DNA of 64,000 nucleotides, from positions 32,001 to 96,000 of IMG/VR virus record IMGVR_UViG_3300020421_001669. One strand, 5' to 3'. Position numbers and translations under genes: made by a program. The first letter of the stretch is position 1, and each line of letters begins with the position of its first letter. This DNA is from a virus. A model generated the notes under the pieces. It ran no database searches. It was given only the letters and a program-made list of their open reading frames with translations, and was not told the origin of the DNA. Below, one piece after another: positions 21,553-31,579 of the stretch.

Positions 21553-24058
21553 GGCAATCTCCACAATTTCTGGTACAAACGCTGAGGGGTTTCCTCTTCA
21601 AGTGTTGACTTATATTCTCAAAGTCATGGTTATAAATTATCTCACCGATATTAAATTTCGTCCCATCATTATACTTGAAATTGTATGTATAGTCAATAGG
21701 ATGATAAGGAAATAATTTGTGTTCCATTACATCTCTAGCAATGTACGCACACGGAAAAAGGTTGCCTTGCGAATTCACATAAAAATATTCACTTTTCCTC
21801 GCGTCACACCATACTGGTTCCTTCTCTTTCATCTTAGGTTTCTTGGTTCGTACTTCCTCATCCTTCTTAAACCGTTTCAATGTTTCCAGACTCACTGGAA
21901 TATCACTAGCAATACTATCATTTACCTTTATTTCGTTTTCGGTTGGTTGTGTAGGAAGTACATGTTCAACCCTATCAACAAAAGGTAGGTCTTTTATATA
22001 TGCCTTGAATGTTTGAACGGTGACTGTACAACCTAATTTTTCTTTAAAATACCGACAAATGGACTCAATTTGGTCACAATTGGTTGGGTCAGTAATTTCA
22101 CACATAAATGTAACCCATTGTAACTTAAAGTTTTCAACTACAGTCTTGAGAGAATCTAGTGTATGTTCCTTTCCATTAACAAAAATATCATTAAATTCAT
22201 TCCCAGTATCATTTTGTTTGGTAGATAGTTGTATTAATGCACCTTCTGGATTGCCATCATCATATAATCCTGTGTATAAGTCACTATATTGTTCTCCATG
22301 CATTTGGAAATACTTGACAAGAGTGTCATTATCTTTTACACTATCTTGATTTATAATGGATATGAGTTCTTGTTTGGGCATGATGTTGTATAGTCGCTCA
22401 AATACTTTCTCATAATCTTCTTTATAAAATAATTCTTTTAGGTTTTGCAGATAGTATTTTTTGTACAGGGATTGAACATCCTCAATTGATGCATCCCAGA
22501 ACACTCTTTGCATCCCATGTTCTTTAATGTTATCCATAACATCTTTTTTGATTTGTGGTAGTGTGTTCTTATCCCATAGTCTTTTGTACAACGCAAAACA
22601 TTGTAGAAAACTTATGTTCCAGAAATATCTAACAGGCCCCAGTTCTTTCGCTTCATCAAACGCGGTTAGGTGAGACTTGTATATGTACCTTTGTTTGTAT
22701 AAGTCATATATCTCATTTGCATCTTTATTCCAATACAAAGACTCATCACCCTGTAATAGTACAGGGTCATCTGGATAGTCAGCGAGAAACTTTTTATGCA
22801 TTGAAATCATATCACCAGAGTCATATAGTTCTTTGATAATATCCTTGTGGTGCGGTTCTATTTGTCGTATAAAGATAAGGTCAGATATCTCTCTTTCTAA
22901 TTCTGGTACATGTACCTTCACTTCAGAAATTGTACCTTTAAAATATTCCTCCAACTCTGGGAAGTCATTAATCATTTTCTCTGAGAGGGATTGCAAATCA
23001 TTTGTTTCAATAAGTTCTTTAATGTCTGATATTGTATTCTTATCCATATAGTTTTCTTGTAGCATACTATCTGTTAGAGATTCAAATCCAATCCACTCGC
23101 GTAGTGTTTCAAACTCTTTTGAATATTGTTCCCAATCTTGTTTTAGTTGTGGTAAGTCTTTGAGGAATTTTTCTTCTAGTGTGTCGTAGTCCTTGGTACG
23201 CAACAATTGAGATATCTTGTTGGTATGTTTATTTTTATCAAAGAAGTTATCTGGGAACTTGGGTAACCACAATCTTTCAAATTCTGTTTTGCCGTGCCAA
23301 TGCGTGAGTAGATTGTAATCTCTCAACTCGTGTGGTTTAAGATTGTTTTTGTTTCTACCACCAACGGATGCTTCAAAGATACAGAACTTTGCATCTTCTC
23401 TATACAGGTGTTGCGTGACATCATTTGGATGTTGTCTCCCTCTATTGTAGGAGTATACCCAATCACTAGGTAAGAACGACCAATAGTTATCGCCTACTGC
23501 TTGATGTTCTCTGTATGGGTAGTAGTTATCGGTTCCTTTCCAAAAGGTTTTAAACACCGTGTCCTTGTGTTTCATTACATCATTGTAAATCTTTTCCCCT
23601 TGGTCAGTACACCATAACATGACACTAGAGTTATATAATGTGCCACGCATATCTGTAAATCTTCTGTCATTGAGAACTTTTGGATTTTCCCAATTGGAAT
23701 AAATCATGTGCGGAGTTTTCGATAGTTCAAATATGTCATCGATGTTATTTTGAATGATAACATCTAAATCCAAATAACAAAAAGGCCCTTTGGTTTTTAA
23801 CCAGTGGTGAGAATTTAGTACGAGAAATTTTGACCTATCCCAACAGAAGTTTTCTTGACCAAACCAATGCCGTGGATGGAGAGGGTCTACATTGGGTATA
23901 GACCGAATCTTAATATCCTTGTGTATATCTTCTGGTTCGTCTGTGTAGCATATGAACTTAAACCTTTTGGTGTAGTTCTGCTGAACCATTCTGTATAAAT
24001 TGTTTACATATTCTGGAGAGTACTTATTGCCCCATTTCATGCAAAGAAAGTGCATCAT
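21542..24058 (-). CDS. Fusion: GT-A glycosyltransferase + helical region + degenerate radical SAM/SPASM-like domain
   Basis: N-terminal CMKWGNKY/YLDLD; C-terminal WCDAR...GNLFPCAY...CTRNCGDC; CxxxCxxC motif absent. Confidence 0.7.
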   Translation of the reverse strand: MMHFLCMKWGNKYSPEYVNNLYRMVQQNYTKRFKFICYTDEPEDIHKDIKIRSIPNVDPLHPRHWFGQENFCWDRSKFLVLNSHHWLKTKGPFCYLDLDVIIQNNIDDIFELSKTPHMIYSNWENPKVLNDRRFTDMRGTLYNSSVMLWCTDQGEKIYNDVMKHKDTVFKTFWKGTDNYYPYREHQAVGDNYWSFLPSDWVYSYNRGRQHPNDVTQHLYREDAKFCIFEASVGGRNKNNLKPHELRDYNLLTHWHGKTEFERLWLPKFPDNFFDKNKHTNKISQLLRTKDYDTLEEKFLKDLPQLKQDWEQYSKEFETLREWIGFESLTDSMLQENYMDKNTISDIKELIETNDLQSLSEKMINDFPELEEYFKGTISEVKVHVPELEREISDLIFIRQIEPHHKDIIKELYDSGDMISMHKKFLADYPDDPVLLQGDESLYWNKDANEIYDLYKQRYIYKSHLTAFDEAKELGPVRYFWNISFLQCFALYKRLWDKNTLPQIKKDVMDNIKEHGMQRVFWDASIEDVQSLYKKYYLQNLKELFYKEDYEKVFERLYNIMPKQELISIINQDSVKDNDTLVKYFQMHGEQYSDLYTGLYDDGNPEGALIQLSTKQNDTGNEFNDIFVNGKEHTLDSLKTVVENFKLQWVTFMCEITDPTNCDQIESICRYFKEKLGCTVTVQTFKAYIKDLPFVDRVEHVLPTQPTENEIKVNDSIASDIPVSLETLKRFKKDEEVRTKKPKMKEKEPVWCDARKSEYFYVNSQGNLFPCAYIARDVMEHKLFPYHPIDYTYNFKYNDGTKFNIGEIIYNHDFENISQHLKRKPLSVCTRNCGDCHAS

Positions 24059-24677
24059 AATATTTTTGTCTCAAATTGTAATTGACTTCATTTTGTCCGT
24101 TTAGTAGAACAATTGGATAATCTTTTTTTATTTGATGAGCTCTTGGTGAAGTATCTGTTTCCATATCTACCCCAGCAAGAAAAGAATATATCAATCCTTT
24201 TGGGAATGTTCTTTTGAAAAACCTTCCATCATATAAAAAATTATCATCCTTACCATCGTATTTATGCAAGTTAAAATCAAAGTTTTTGAAAAACGACTCT
24301 GTTATATAGGCGGCATTATCACAGTGCCACGCCATGACACTAGAGTTCCACGCACCGCCAAAGTCTTTCCAGTAAGTTTCACATATAGTGGGTTCATCAC
24401 AATACCCAAACAGTGGCTCAAGGTCTCCCTGTACGATTAAATCTAAGTCTAAATATAAAGTTGGGCCACCAAAATCTTTACCAAGAAGTAAAATTTTTTC
24501 CCAGTTGCCCAGACCAGTAGACTTCTGTGTAAGTATTCCTTGTTGTAATCCTTCTGGGTCATCGGTGCGACACCAAAAGTTACCACCCTGTAGATAAGGT
24601 TTACACATATTATAAATAGTGTTTACATCATTGGAAGAGTATTTGTTTCCGTATTTTAGCGTAACAATTGTTCTCAT
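24024..24677 (-). CDS. GT-A glycosyltransferase (KYGxKY variant)
   Basis: LKYGNKY, CRTDD, WEKILL, YLDLD and WNSSVMAW. Confidence 0.8.
   Translation of the reverse strand: MRTIVTLKYGNKYSSNDVNTIYNMCKPYLQGGNFWCRTDDPEGLQQGILTQKSTGLGNWEKILLLGKDFGGPTLYLDLDLIVQGDLEPLFGYCDEPTICETYWKDFGGAWNSSVMAWHCDNAAYITESFFKNFDFNLHKYDGKDDNFLYDGRFFKRTFPKGLIYSFLAGVDMETDTSPRAHQIKKDYPIVLLNGQNEVNYNLRQKYYDALSLHEMGQ
24611..24618 (+). promoter_or_regulatory. Late promoter TATAAATA for 24696, embedded in the antisense GT gene
   Basis: Exact consensus about 80 nt upstream of 24696. Confidence 0.65.
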
Positions 24678-24695
24678 AATTTAAAGGTATATTCC

Positions 24696-25031
24696 ATGGC
24701 AAAAAAAGTAATTAAAAATTTAACGATAGACCAAGGTGCAACCTTTAGCGAGACCTTAACTGTAACTACAGATGGGTCAACCGCTAAAAATCTTACTGGC
24801 TATACAACAACATCACAGTTCAGAAAAAGCTATGACAGTACTACTTATACAAGTTTTACAACCGCTCAAGTTGACGCTACTGGAGTTATAACTTTATCTC
24901 TGACTGCTACACAAACTACCGCGTTAAAGTCTGGTAGATATGTATATGATGTTGAAATTGCAAATTCGCCAGAAGTACTTAGAGTACAAGAAGGTATCAT
25001 AACAGTAACACCACAAGTAACTAAATCATAA
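24696..25031 (+). CDS. Conserved small virion protein
   Basis: NLTIDQGATF...GRYVYDVEI...RVQEGIITVTPQVT family, common in T4-like marine phages. Confidence 0.7.
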   Translation: MAKKVIKNLTIDQGATFSETLTVTTDGSTAKNLTGYTTTSQFRKSYDSTTYTSFTTAQVDATGVITLSLTATQTTALKSGRYVYDVEIANSPEVLRVQEGIITVTPQVTKS

Positions 25032-25040
25032 GGAAGAACA

Positions 25041-25184
25041 GTGACAAAAGATTTTCGTAGTGTACAACAGGACTTGACCGAATTAAATGGGGATGGTAAC
25101 CGCGATAGGGGTAGGTATGGTGAAGACGAACCTAAAGAAAACCTAGAGGAAAAACCTAATTCGGAGACCCAAAAGGAAGAATAA
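25041..25184 (+). CDS. Small acidic hypothetical protein, 47 aa (not in ORF track)
   Basis: AAGGA RBS, GTG start, TAATG stop/start overlap with the next gene. Confidence 0.5.
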   Translation: MTKDFRSVQQDLTELNGDGNRDRGRYGEDEPKENLEEKPNSETQKEE

Positions 25185-26698
25185 TGGACGAGCTAAAAAA
25201 ACTCTTTGAAGCAGTTGCAAAAGAAAAAACTAGAAACCAGCAATTGCAAAAAGAAGAAATTCTCAAAGAAGTAGAGAAGTCTCAAAAGAAGAAAACCCAC
25301 AGTAAAAAAGTCCAAGAGGATTTCTGGGGGGTGTTTAAGAGCGAGTTAAATAAACTTTCAGAAGTTGAAGAACAAAACAAAAATAAGTTACAAAAGTTAG
25401 AAGAAATCAGAGATGAATTTAAAGATGTAACTCCAATCATATATGAAGAAGAGGTTGAAGAGGTACAGGAACAAGTTGTTCCAGATTTCTTTGCAGACAT
25501 TGACCCACAAAAAATGGCATCAGAGTTTGATATTCGACCAGTGAGTCAGATATCAGAAAATGATATGTCTCAATCTGAACCATATGAATTAAAAGACCAT
25601 CCTACTACACTTGTAGAAATGCCAGATAAAACAGTAGACCCAGACATTTCTATATTAGAAGCAAAAGTTAATAAGTTAGAATTGAAATATGCTGGTTTAG
25701 TGGATGAAGAACCAGAAGAGATAACAGAAGAATCACAACCAGAGTCATTCAATGTAAGTAAGGATGCCTATAGTGCGGTCATGGATGTCCTTAATCTCAA
25801 ACCTGTAGAGAAGAAAGACAAGGACGAAAGACAATTACAAGAACTCGCGGTACAATATCTTGCTGATAAGAAACAGTCTGTACAGGAACAAGTTGATGAG
25901 ACTGCAAGTGTACAGAAACAAATAAACGAAATCAATACAAACATCCGACAATTGATATTGGGTATGCAAGGTATCGGTGGCGGTGGTGAAGTTAGATTAG
26001 AATTCCTAGATGATGTTGACCGTTCATCCGCTACAACAGATGGTAGGTTCTTACGCTATAGTTCTTCCACTAAGAAGTGGGAAGGCATTGCAATTGATAC
26101 AGGTGACCAAGCTGCAATACTGGATAATTCTGGAACACCATCACTTGCATCTGGTGTAACAGCAGCTGAAATTAGAACATTAATTGATGCCCAACCAACT
26201 GGTTCTTATGTAACTCTTAGTTCATTATCTGTGGGTAGTGAAGCATCTGCATCTGGTGACGGAGGAATTGCATATAATAATTCTACTGGTGTATTCACAT
26301 ACACACCACCAGATTTAAGTTCATTTGCGACACTCGCTAGTCCAGCACTTACTGGTAATCCTACTGCGCCAACACAATCCGCGAGTGATAATAGTACAAA
26401 GATTGCTACTACTGCTTATGTTGAAACAGCTACTGCAAATCTTGTTGACTCTGCTCCCTCAACTTTAAACACTTTAAATGAACTTGCGGCTGCTTTGGGA
26501 GATGATGAAAACTTTTCTACTACAGTAACAAATAATATTGCTACTAAAGCACCACTTGCTAGTCCATCATTAACAGGAACACCAACTGCTCCAACCGCGT
26601 CTACTGGTACAGATACAACACAAATCGCCACTACAGCATTTGTAAAACAGGAAATTGATGCGCTCAAGGCCTTGTTATACGCTTACGACCAATCCTAA
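25184..26698 (+). CDS. Fibre/collar-like protein at the wac (fibritin) position
   Basis: Acidic coiled N-terminal half, GGGGEVRLEFLDDVD, and two ASP.LTG.PTAPT...T.IATTA.V tail-fibre repeats flanking APSTLNTLNELAAALGDD. Confidence 0.6.
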   Translation: MDELKKLFEAVAKEKTRNQQLQKEEILKEVEKSQKKKTHSKKVQEDFWGVFKSELNKLSEVEEQNKNKLQKLEEIRDEFKDVTPIIYEEEVEEVQEQVVPDFFADIDPQKMASEFDIRPVSQISENDMSQSEPYELKDHPTTLVEMPDKTVDPDISILEAKVNKLELKYAGLVDEEPEEITEESQPESFNVSKDAYSAVMDVLNLKPVEKKDKDERQLQELAVQYLADKKQSVQEQVDETASVQKQINEINTNIRQLILGMQGIGGGGEVRLEFLDDVDRSSATTDGRFLRYSSSTKKWEGIAIDTGDQAAILDNSGTPSLASGVTAAEIRTLIDAQPTGSYVTLSSLSVGSEASASGDGGIAYNNSTGVFTYTPPDLSSFATLASPALTGNPTAPTQSASDNSTKIATTAYVETATANLVDSAPSTLNTLNELAAALGDDENFSTTVTNNIATKAPLASPSLTGTPTAPTASTGTDTTQIATTAFVKQEIDALKALLYAYDQS

Positions 26699-26702
26699 GT
26701 CT

Positions 26703-26710
26703 TATAAATA
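26703..26710 (+). promoter_or_regulatory. Late promoter TATAAATA
   Basis: Exact consensus upstream of gp13. Confidence 0.85.
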
Positions 26711-26745
26711 GTCAAAGTATTAAAACTATTTAAATAGGGGTTCAC

Positions 26746-27702
26746 ATGGCTTTATCCACAAGACAAGGACTCATTGACTATTGTTTACGAAGGTTGGGAC
26801 ACCCTGTAATAGAAATCAATGTCGATGAAGACCAAATATCAGATAGAATCGATGACGCCTTTCAACATTGGAATGAGTACCATTTCGATGGTGTCGAAAG
26901 GGCATACATCAAACATAAACTAACTGGTTCAACATTAACCTTAACTGGTAGCGCTACTTTTGAAACTGGAGAAACCATTACTGGTGGAACATCTGGTGCA
27001 AAATCAACGGTACACGAATCAAGTTCTGGTACTTCAGTAGTATATGAAAAATCAAGTACAGCAGCTGCATTTGAGGCGAATGAGGTTATTACTGGTTCAA
27101 ATTCTGGTACAACTGCTACGATACAAAGTATATCAAAGGGAGATATAGAAAACGGATACATCCCAATAGGTAACGAAGTATTAAATATAGTTAGAGTATT
27201 TAAGTTTGGTGCATTAGTTGGTAGTAAATCAGATGGACTATTTGATGTAGATTATCAATTTGCATTGAATGACTTATATAATCTACTTTCTGCTGATATT
27301 ACATACTACTCAATGGTCAAGACACACATGAATTTATTGGAAAACATTTTCAGAAATGAAAGACCCATTAGGTTCAATAGAAAAACAAACAGACTATATC
27401 TTGATACAGATATGGATGGAACATTTGACATTGATAATTACATTGTCGCGGAGGCATATTCAATTATAGACCCCGCTACATTTACAGAAGTCTACGATGA
27501 TATGTTCTTAAAAAGATATGCGACTGCTCTTATCAAGAGGCAGTGGGGCGAGAATATGAAAAAGTTTGGGGGAATCGCGTTGCCAGGCGGTGTAACACTG
27601 AATGGTGACCAGATATATGGAGAGGCAATTCAAGAAGTTTCTATTATAGAAGATGAAATGCAAATGAAATATGAATTACCCCCAATGATGATGACAGGGT
27701 AG
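26746..27702 (+). CDS. gp13: Neck protein gp13
   Basis: YCLRRLGHPVIEINV, YHFDG and KRQWGENMKKFGGIALPGGVTLNG. Confidence 0.93.
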   Translation: MALSTRQGLIDYCLRRLGHPVIEINVDEDQISDRIDDAFQHWNEYHFDGVERAYIKHKLTGSTLTLTGSATFETGETITGGTSGAKSTVHESSSGTSVVYEKSSTAAAFEANEVITGSNSGTTATIQSISKGDIENGYIPIGNEVLNIVRVFKFGALVGSKSDGLFDVDYQFALNDLYNLLSADITYYSMVKTHMNLLENIFRNERPIRFNRKTNRLYLDTDMDGTFDIDNYIVAEAYSIIDPATFTEVYDDMFLKRYATALIKRQWGENMKKFGGIALPGGVTLNGDQIYGEAIQEVSIIEDEMQMKYELPPMMMTG

Positions 27703-27706
27703 ATAA

Positions 27707-28459
27707 ATGGCTACAAATGTTTACTTCCAATCAGGCAATACAAGTGGTACTACTAATGAACAACGATTAGTAGAGGACTTGGTTATTGAAAGTCTAAAGA
27801 TATATGGACACGATGTTCACTATATGCCTAGGACTTTGGTAAACAGGGACACCATCTTTGATGAAGATGAGTTATCTAAGTTCACGCAACAGTATCCACT
27901 CGAAATGTATATGGAAAATGTCGAGGGATATGAGGGTGAAGGAGAACTATTTACTAGGTTTGGAATAGAAATCAGAGACCAAGCAACATTTGTTCTTTCC
28001 AAGAGAAGGTGGGAACAGATGGTTGATAGAGAAGAAGATGCTGGCGGTACATTCCAGTTGACGGCAAGACCCGCTGAGGGAGACTTGTTATACTTTCCTA
28101 AAACCAAATCTCTCTTTGAGATTAAACTAGTAGAGTTTCAAAATCCATTCTATCAACTAGGAAAGATTTACACATTCAGACTTCAATGCGAACTCTTTGA
28201 GTACAGTTCAGAAAGATTGGATACTGGTGATACTGATATTGATGGAATAGAAGACCTACAAAGTCTTGACATTCTACAGTTCCAGTTCCAGTTAGAGAAC
28301 GGAGACTTGTTGAAACAGGAAAATAATGATACTCTAATATTAGAGAGTTTCCAAACTAGTAGAGGAAATGTTGGTGTTGACAACAAAGACTTTGATGACT
28401 GGCAGTCAGCATCGAACATACTTGATTTTACGGAAAGTAATCCATTTGGTGAGATATAA
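27707..28459 (+). CDS. gp14: Neck protein gp14
   Basis: EQRLVEDLVIESLKIYG, RPAEGDLLYFP, PFYQLGK and FTESNPFG. Confidence 0.93.
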   Translation: MATNVYFQSGNTSGTTNEQRLVEDLVIESLKIYGHDVHYMPRTLVNRDTIFDEDELSKFTQQYPLEMYMENVEGYEGEGELFTRFGIEIRDQATFVLSKRRWEQMVDREEDAGGTFQLTARPAEGDLLYFPKTKSLFEIKLVEFQNPFYQLGKIYTFRLQCELFEYSSERLDTGDTDIDGIEDLQSLDILQFQFQLENGDLLKQENNDTLILESFQTSRGNVGVDNKDFDDWQSASNILDFTESNPFGEI

Positions 28460-29454
28460 TGTTTAAAAATAAACAATTTTACAATCAACATACACGCAAA
28501 GCCATCATTGCATTTGGTACTATTTTTAATAATATCCAAATAAACAGGGTGAACGCGAGTAGTGTTACTGAACAAGTAGTTAGGGTTCCACTTTCTTATT
28601 CTACAAAACAAAAGTTTTTGACTAGGATTGAGGCAATTCCAGACACGGAATCGCGTGGAGAGGTTGCAATTAGTTTGCCTCGCATGGGGTTTGAGATAGT
28701 TGGGTTTCAATATGACCCATCCAGAAAAGTCTCACCTATACAGAAAAACATAACTACATCTGGTGCAGCCACAAACTCATACAAAACAAGTTTTGTTTCC
28801 ACTCCATATGACATGAACATGTCTTTGTATGTGTTCGCAAAAAATCAAGAGGATGCATTACAAATAGTAGAACAGATTTTCCCATACTTCAACCCAGACT
28901 TTAATGTGACGATAAATGATTTGCCTGAGTTGGGTATTAAAAGAGATATAAAAATAACTTTGGATAGTGTTAGTTATGAAGATACCTTTGAAGGTTCTTT
29001 TGCAGATAGACAAAGTATCAACTGGACACTAAATTTTACAATGAAATTAAATTATTATGGATTTGTAGATAAACAGTCCTTCATTAAGAAAGCAATAGCA
29101 AATGTGTTTGAAAATGAAAACCTAGAAGGGCCTAAAGTACAACTTGGATACTCAGTTGGAACAACACTACCAACCGCAACCGCTACTATAGGTAGTGGTT
29201 CGGTAACAGGATTTACTATAACATATGGTGGGTCTGGATATACTAGTCCACCAAATATTACTCTTACTGGTAATGCCAGAGCTCACGCGGAACTTACAGA
29301 TGGAGTAGTTACCAGTATTGTTATAGATGACGCTGGAAGTGGTTATTCAGAAGCACCTACTGTGACATTTGAGGAACCACCTAATTATAATGCAGACCCC
29401 TATAAGGATGACCCATATAGGTTCGTGGAGGAGTTTGACCAAACTTATGTATAA
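28459..29454 (+). CDS. gp15: Tail terminator / sheath stabiliser gp15
   Basis: IIAFGTIFNNI, LPRMGFEI and QIVEQIFPYFNP; extra C-terminal GGSGY module. Confidence 0.92.
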   Translation: MFKNKQFYNQHTRKAIIAFGTIFNNIQINRVNASSVTEQVVRVPLSYSTKQKFLTRIEAIPDTESRGEVAISLPRMGFEIVGFQYDPSRKVSPIQKNITTSGAATNSYKTSFVSTPYDMNMSLYVFAKNQEDALQIVEQIFPYFNPDFNVTINDLPELGIKRDIKITLDSVSYEDTFEGSFADRQSINWTLNFTMKLNYYGFVDKQSFIKKAIANVFENENLEGPKVQLGYSVGTTLPTATATIGSGSVTGFTITYGGSGYTSPPNITLTGNARAHAELTDGVVTSIVIDDAGSGYSEAPTVTFEEPPNYNADPYKDDPYRFVEEFDQTYV

Positions 29455-29456
29455 CT

Positions 29457-29900
29457 ATGCCAAAAAATAAAGTATTTGATGCACTTGATAAAACATTCAA
29501 CACCGTAACTACAGAACTTGCTGAAAAGAAAGGTGGTGCTATCACTGTGCCCGAAAAAGAGGATGAGAAACTAGATAAAGATTTTGAGGAAGCAAGAAAT
29601 CTTTTGAAACGCTCTGCTGAGTATGCGGAAGAAGCTGCTCAAGGTATTTTAAATGTTGCTACCAACAGTGACAACCCTCGTGCCTATGAAGTTGCTGGAC
29701 AAATTATCAAGACTATGGGTGAACAAGCCAAAGACATGATGGAAGTCCAAGAAAAGAAACACCGAATAGAAAAGAATTCGGATACACCAAAGACTATTAG
29801 TAGAACAACTAACAACTTGGTGTTTACAGGAACAACTTCAGAACTTATGAAACAATTGAAGAAAGAAAACGAAAAAATTATAGACCATGAATCAGATTGA
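29457..29900 (+). CDS. gp16: Terminase small subunit gp16
   Basis: PRAYEVAGQIIK and NNLVFTGTTSEL; synteny. Confidence 0.92.
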   Translation: MPKNKVFDALDKTFNTVTTELAEKKGGAITVPEKEDEKLDKDFEEARNLLKRSAEYAEEAAQGILNVATNSDNPRAYEVAGQIIKTMGEQAKDMMEVQEKKHRIEKNSDTPKTISRTTNNLVFTGTTSELMKQLKKENEKIIDHESD

Positions 29901-31515
29901 GGCATCATATCACGGTAATCCCAACCTAAAATCAATTGGATATGAACATGATTTTTCTAAGGAACAATTAGAAGAATTAATTAAATGTGAAAGTGACCCA
30001 GTTTATTTTATAGAGAACTACTGTCAAATTGTAACCTTGGATAAAGGTCTACAACCTTTTAAACTGTACGACTGTCAGAAAAGAAAGGTAGATTTCATTA
30101 TGAATAATCGAAAGACTATTCTTATGGAAGGTAGACAGCAAGGTAAAACAGTAACAGCAGCTGCGTGTATATTACATTATTCTATATTCAATGCAGATAA
30201 AAACATTGCTATCATGGCGAACAAAACTGCTGCTGCTCGTGAAGTATTAAACAGATATCAAACTATGTATGAGAACCTTCCTGTCTGGATGCAACAGGGT
30301 GTCAAGACATGGAACAAGGGGGATGTGGACTTAGAGAATGGTTCTCGCGTGTTTACATCTGCAACCACATCATCTGGTATTCGGGGTAAATCAGTTAACT
30401 GGTTGTACATTGATGAGGCTGCAATCATACCAAATAACATAGCAGAAGAGTTTTTTGCATCTGTATATCCTACTATCTCTGCTGGTGAGACCACGAAGAT
30501 TCTTCTTACATCTACACCACTGGGATACAATCACTTCTGGAAGTTCTGGAATGAATCAGAAAAGGGTACGAATGGATTTCAAAATATGTTCATTCCCCAT
30601 ACTGAAATCCCAGGCCGAGATGATAACTGGGTAGAAGAACAGTTCAAGTTATTAGGTGAAGTGAAGTTTAACCAAGAGGTGTTGTGTGACTTCTTGGGGT
30701 CAACGAATACTTTGATTAGTGGTAAATCTCTTGCTACTATGTCATCAACAGACCCAGTATATAAGAAGGATGGTCTGGATATTTATGAAGAACCTCAAGA
30801 AGATAAATATTATGTGATAGCGGCTGACACTGCGAGAGGAATAGGGGGAGATTTTTCTGCCTTTATTGTTATCGACATAACAGCGATGCCGTTTAAAGTT
30901 GTTGGTAAGTATAGAGATAATAAAGTTTCACCTTTATTGTATCCAGACTTCATAGGAAAAGTTGCAAGAGACTACAACGATGCTTATGTTTTACTTGAGA
31001 CAAATGATATAGGACAACAAGTTGTAGATATACTTCACCAAGAACTAGAGTATGAGAACATTTTTAGTACAGTACAGGAAAAAACTAAACAATATGTTTC
31101 GCCTGGCTTCGGAAAACAAAGTACTCTAGGGGTGCGAACATCAAAAGCAGTAAAAAGACAGGGATGTTTGGCACTAAAAAGTTTGATTGAGGAACAGAAG
31201 TTCTTAATATTTGATGCTGAGTGTATAAGTGAACTGTCAACTTTTGTTGAGAGGAGTGGTACATTTGCTGCTGATGAAGGATACCACGATGACCTTGCCA
31301 TGTGTATGGTACTATTTGCATGGTTATCAACCAATACATTCTTTAAGGATTTGACTAATGTCGATATTCGTGACAATTTATACAATTCACAAATGAGAAT
31401 GATAGAAAATGATTTAACACCATTTGGGCTTGTGGTAGACGGACATGAACCAGAAGCAGAAGTTATGGATGGTGACTACTGGATGTTTGGTGATGAGAAA
31501 GAAAAATTTTTATAA
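29887..31515 (+). CDS. gp17: Terminase large subunit gp17
   Basis: YHGNPNLK, Walker A GRQQGKT, Walker B YIDEAA and nuclease motif HDDLAM. Confidence 0.97.
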   Translation: MNQIEASYHGNPNLKSIGYEHDFSKEQLEELIKCESDPVYFIENYCQIVTLDKGLQPFKLYDCQKRKVDFIMNNRKTILMEGRQQGKTVTAAACILHYSIFNADKNIAIMANKTAAAREVLNRYQTMYENLPVWMQQGVKTWNKGDVDLENGSRVFTSATTSSGIRGKSVNWLYIDEAAIIPNNIAEEFFASVYPTISAGETTKILLTSTPLGYNHFWKFWNESEKGTNGFQNMFIPHTEIPGRDDNWVEEQFKLLGEVKFNQEVLCDFLGSTNTLISGKSLATMSSTDPVYKKDGLDIYEEPQEDKYYVIAADTARGIGGDFSAFIVIDITAMPFKVVGKYRDNKVSPLLYPDFIGKVARDYNDAYVLLETNDIGQQVVDILHQELEYENIFSTVQEKTKQYVSPGFGKQSTLGVRTSKAVKRQGCLALKSLIEEQKFLIFDAECISELSTFVERSGTFAADEGYHDDLAMCMVLFAWLSTNTFFKDLTNVDIRDNLYNSQMRMIENDLTPFGLVVDGHEPEAEVMDGDYWMFGDEKEKFL

Positions 31516-31518
31516 ATA
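31511..31518 (+). promoter_or_regulatory. Late promoter TATAAATA
   Basis: Exact consensus upstream of gp18. Confidence 0.85.
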
Positions 31519-31579
31519 ATTGTCAAGGAATAACTATTTAGTCAAGATAGATTAAAAACGAAATACGAAGGAGAACAAA

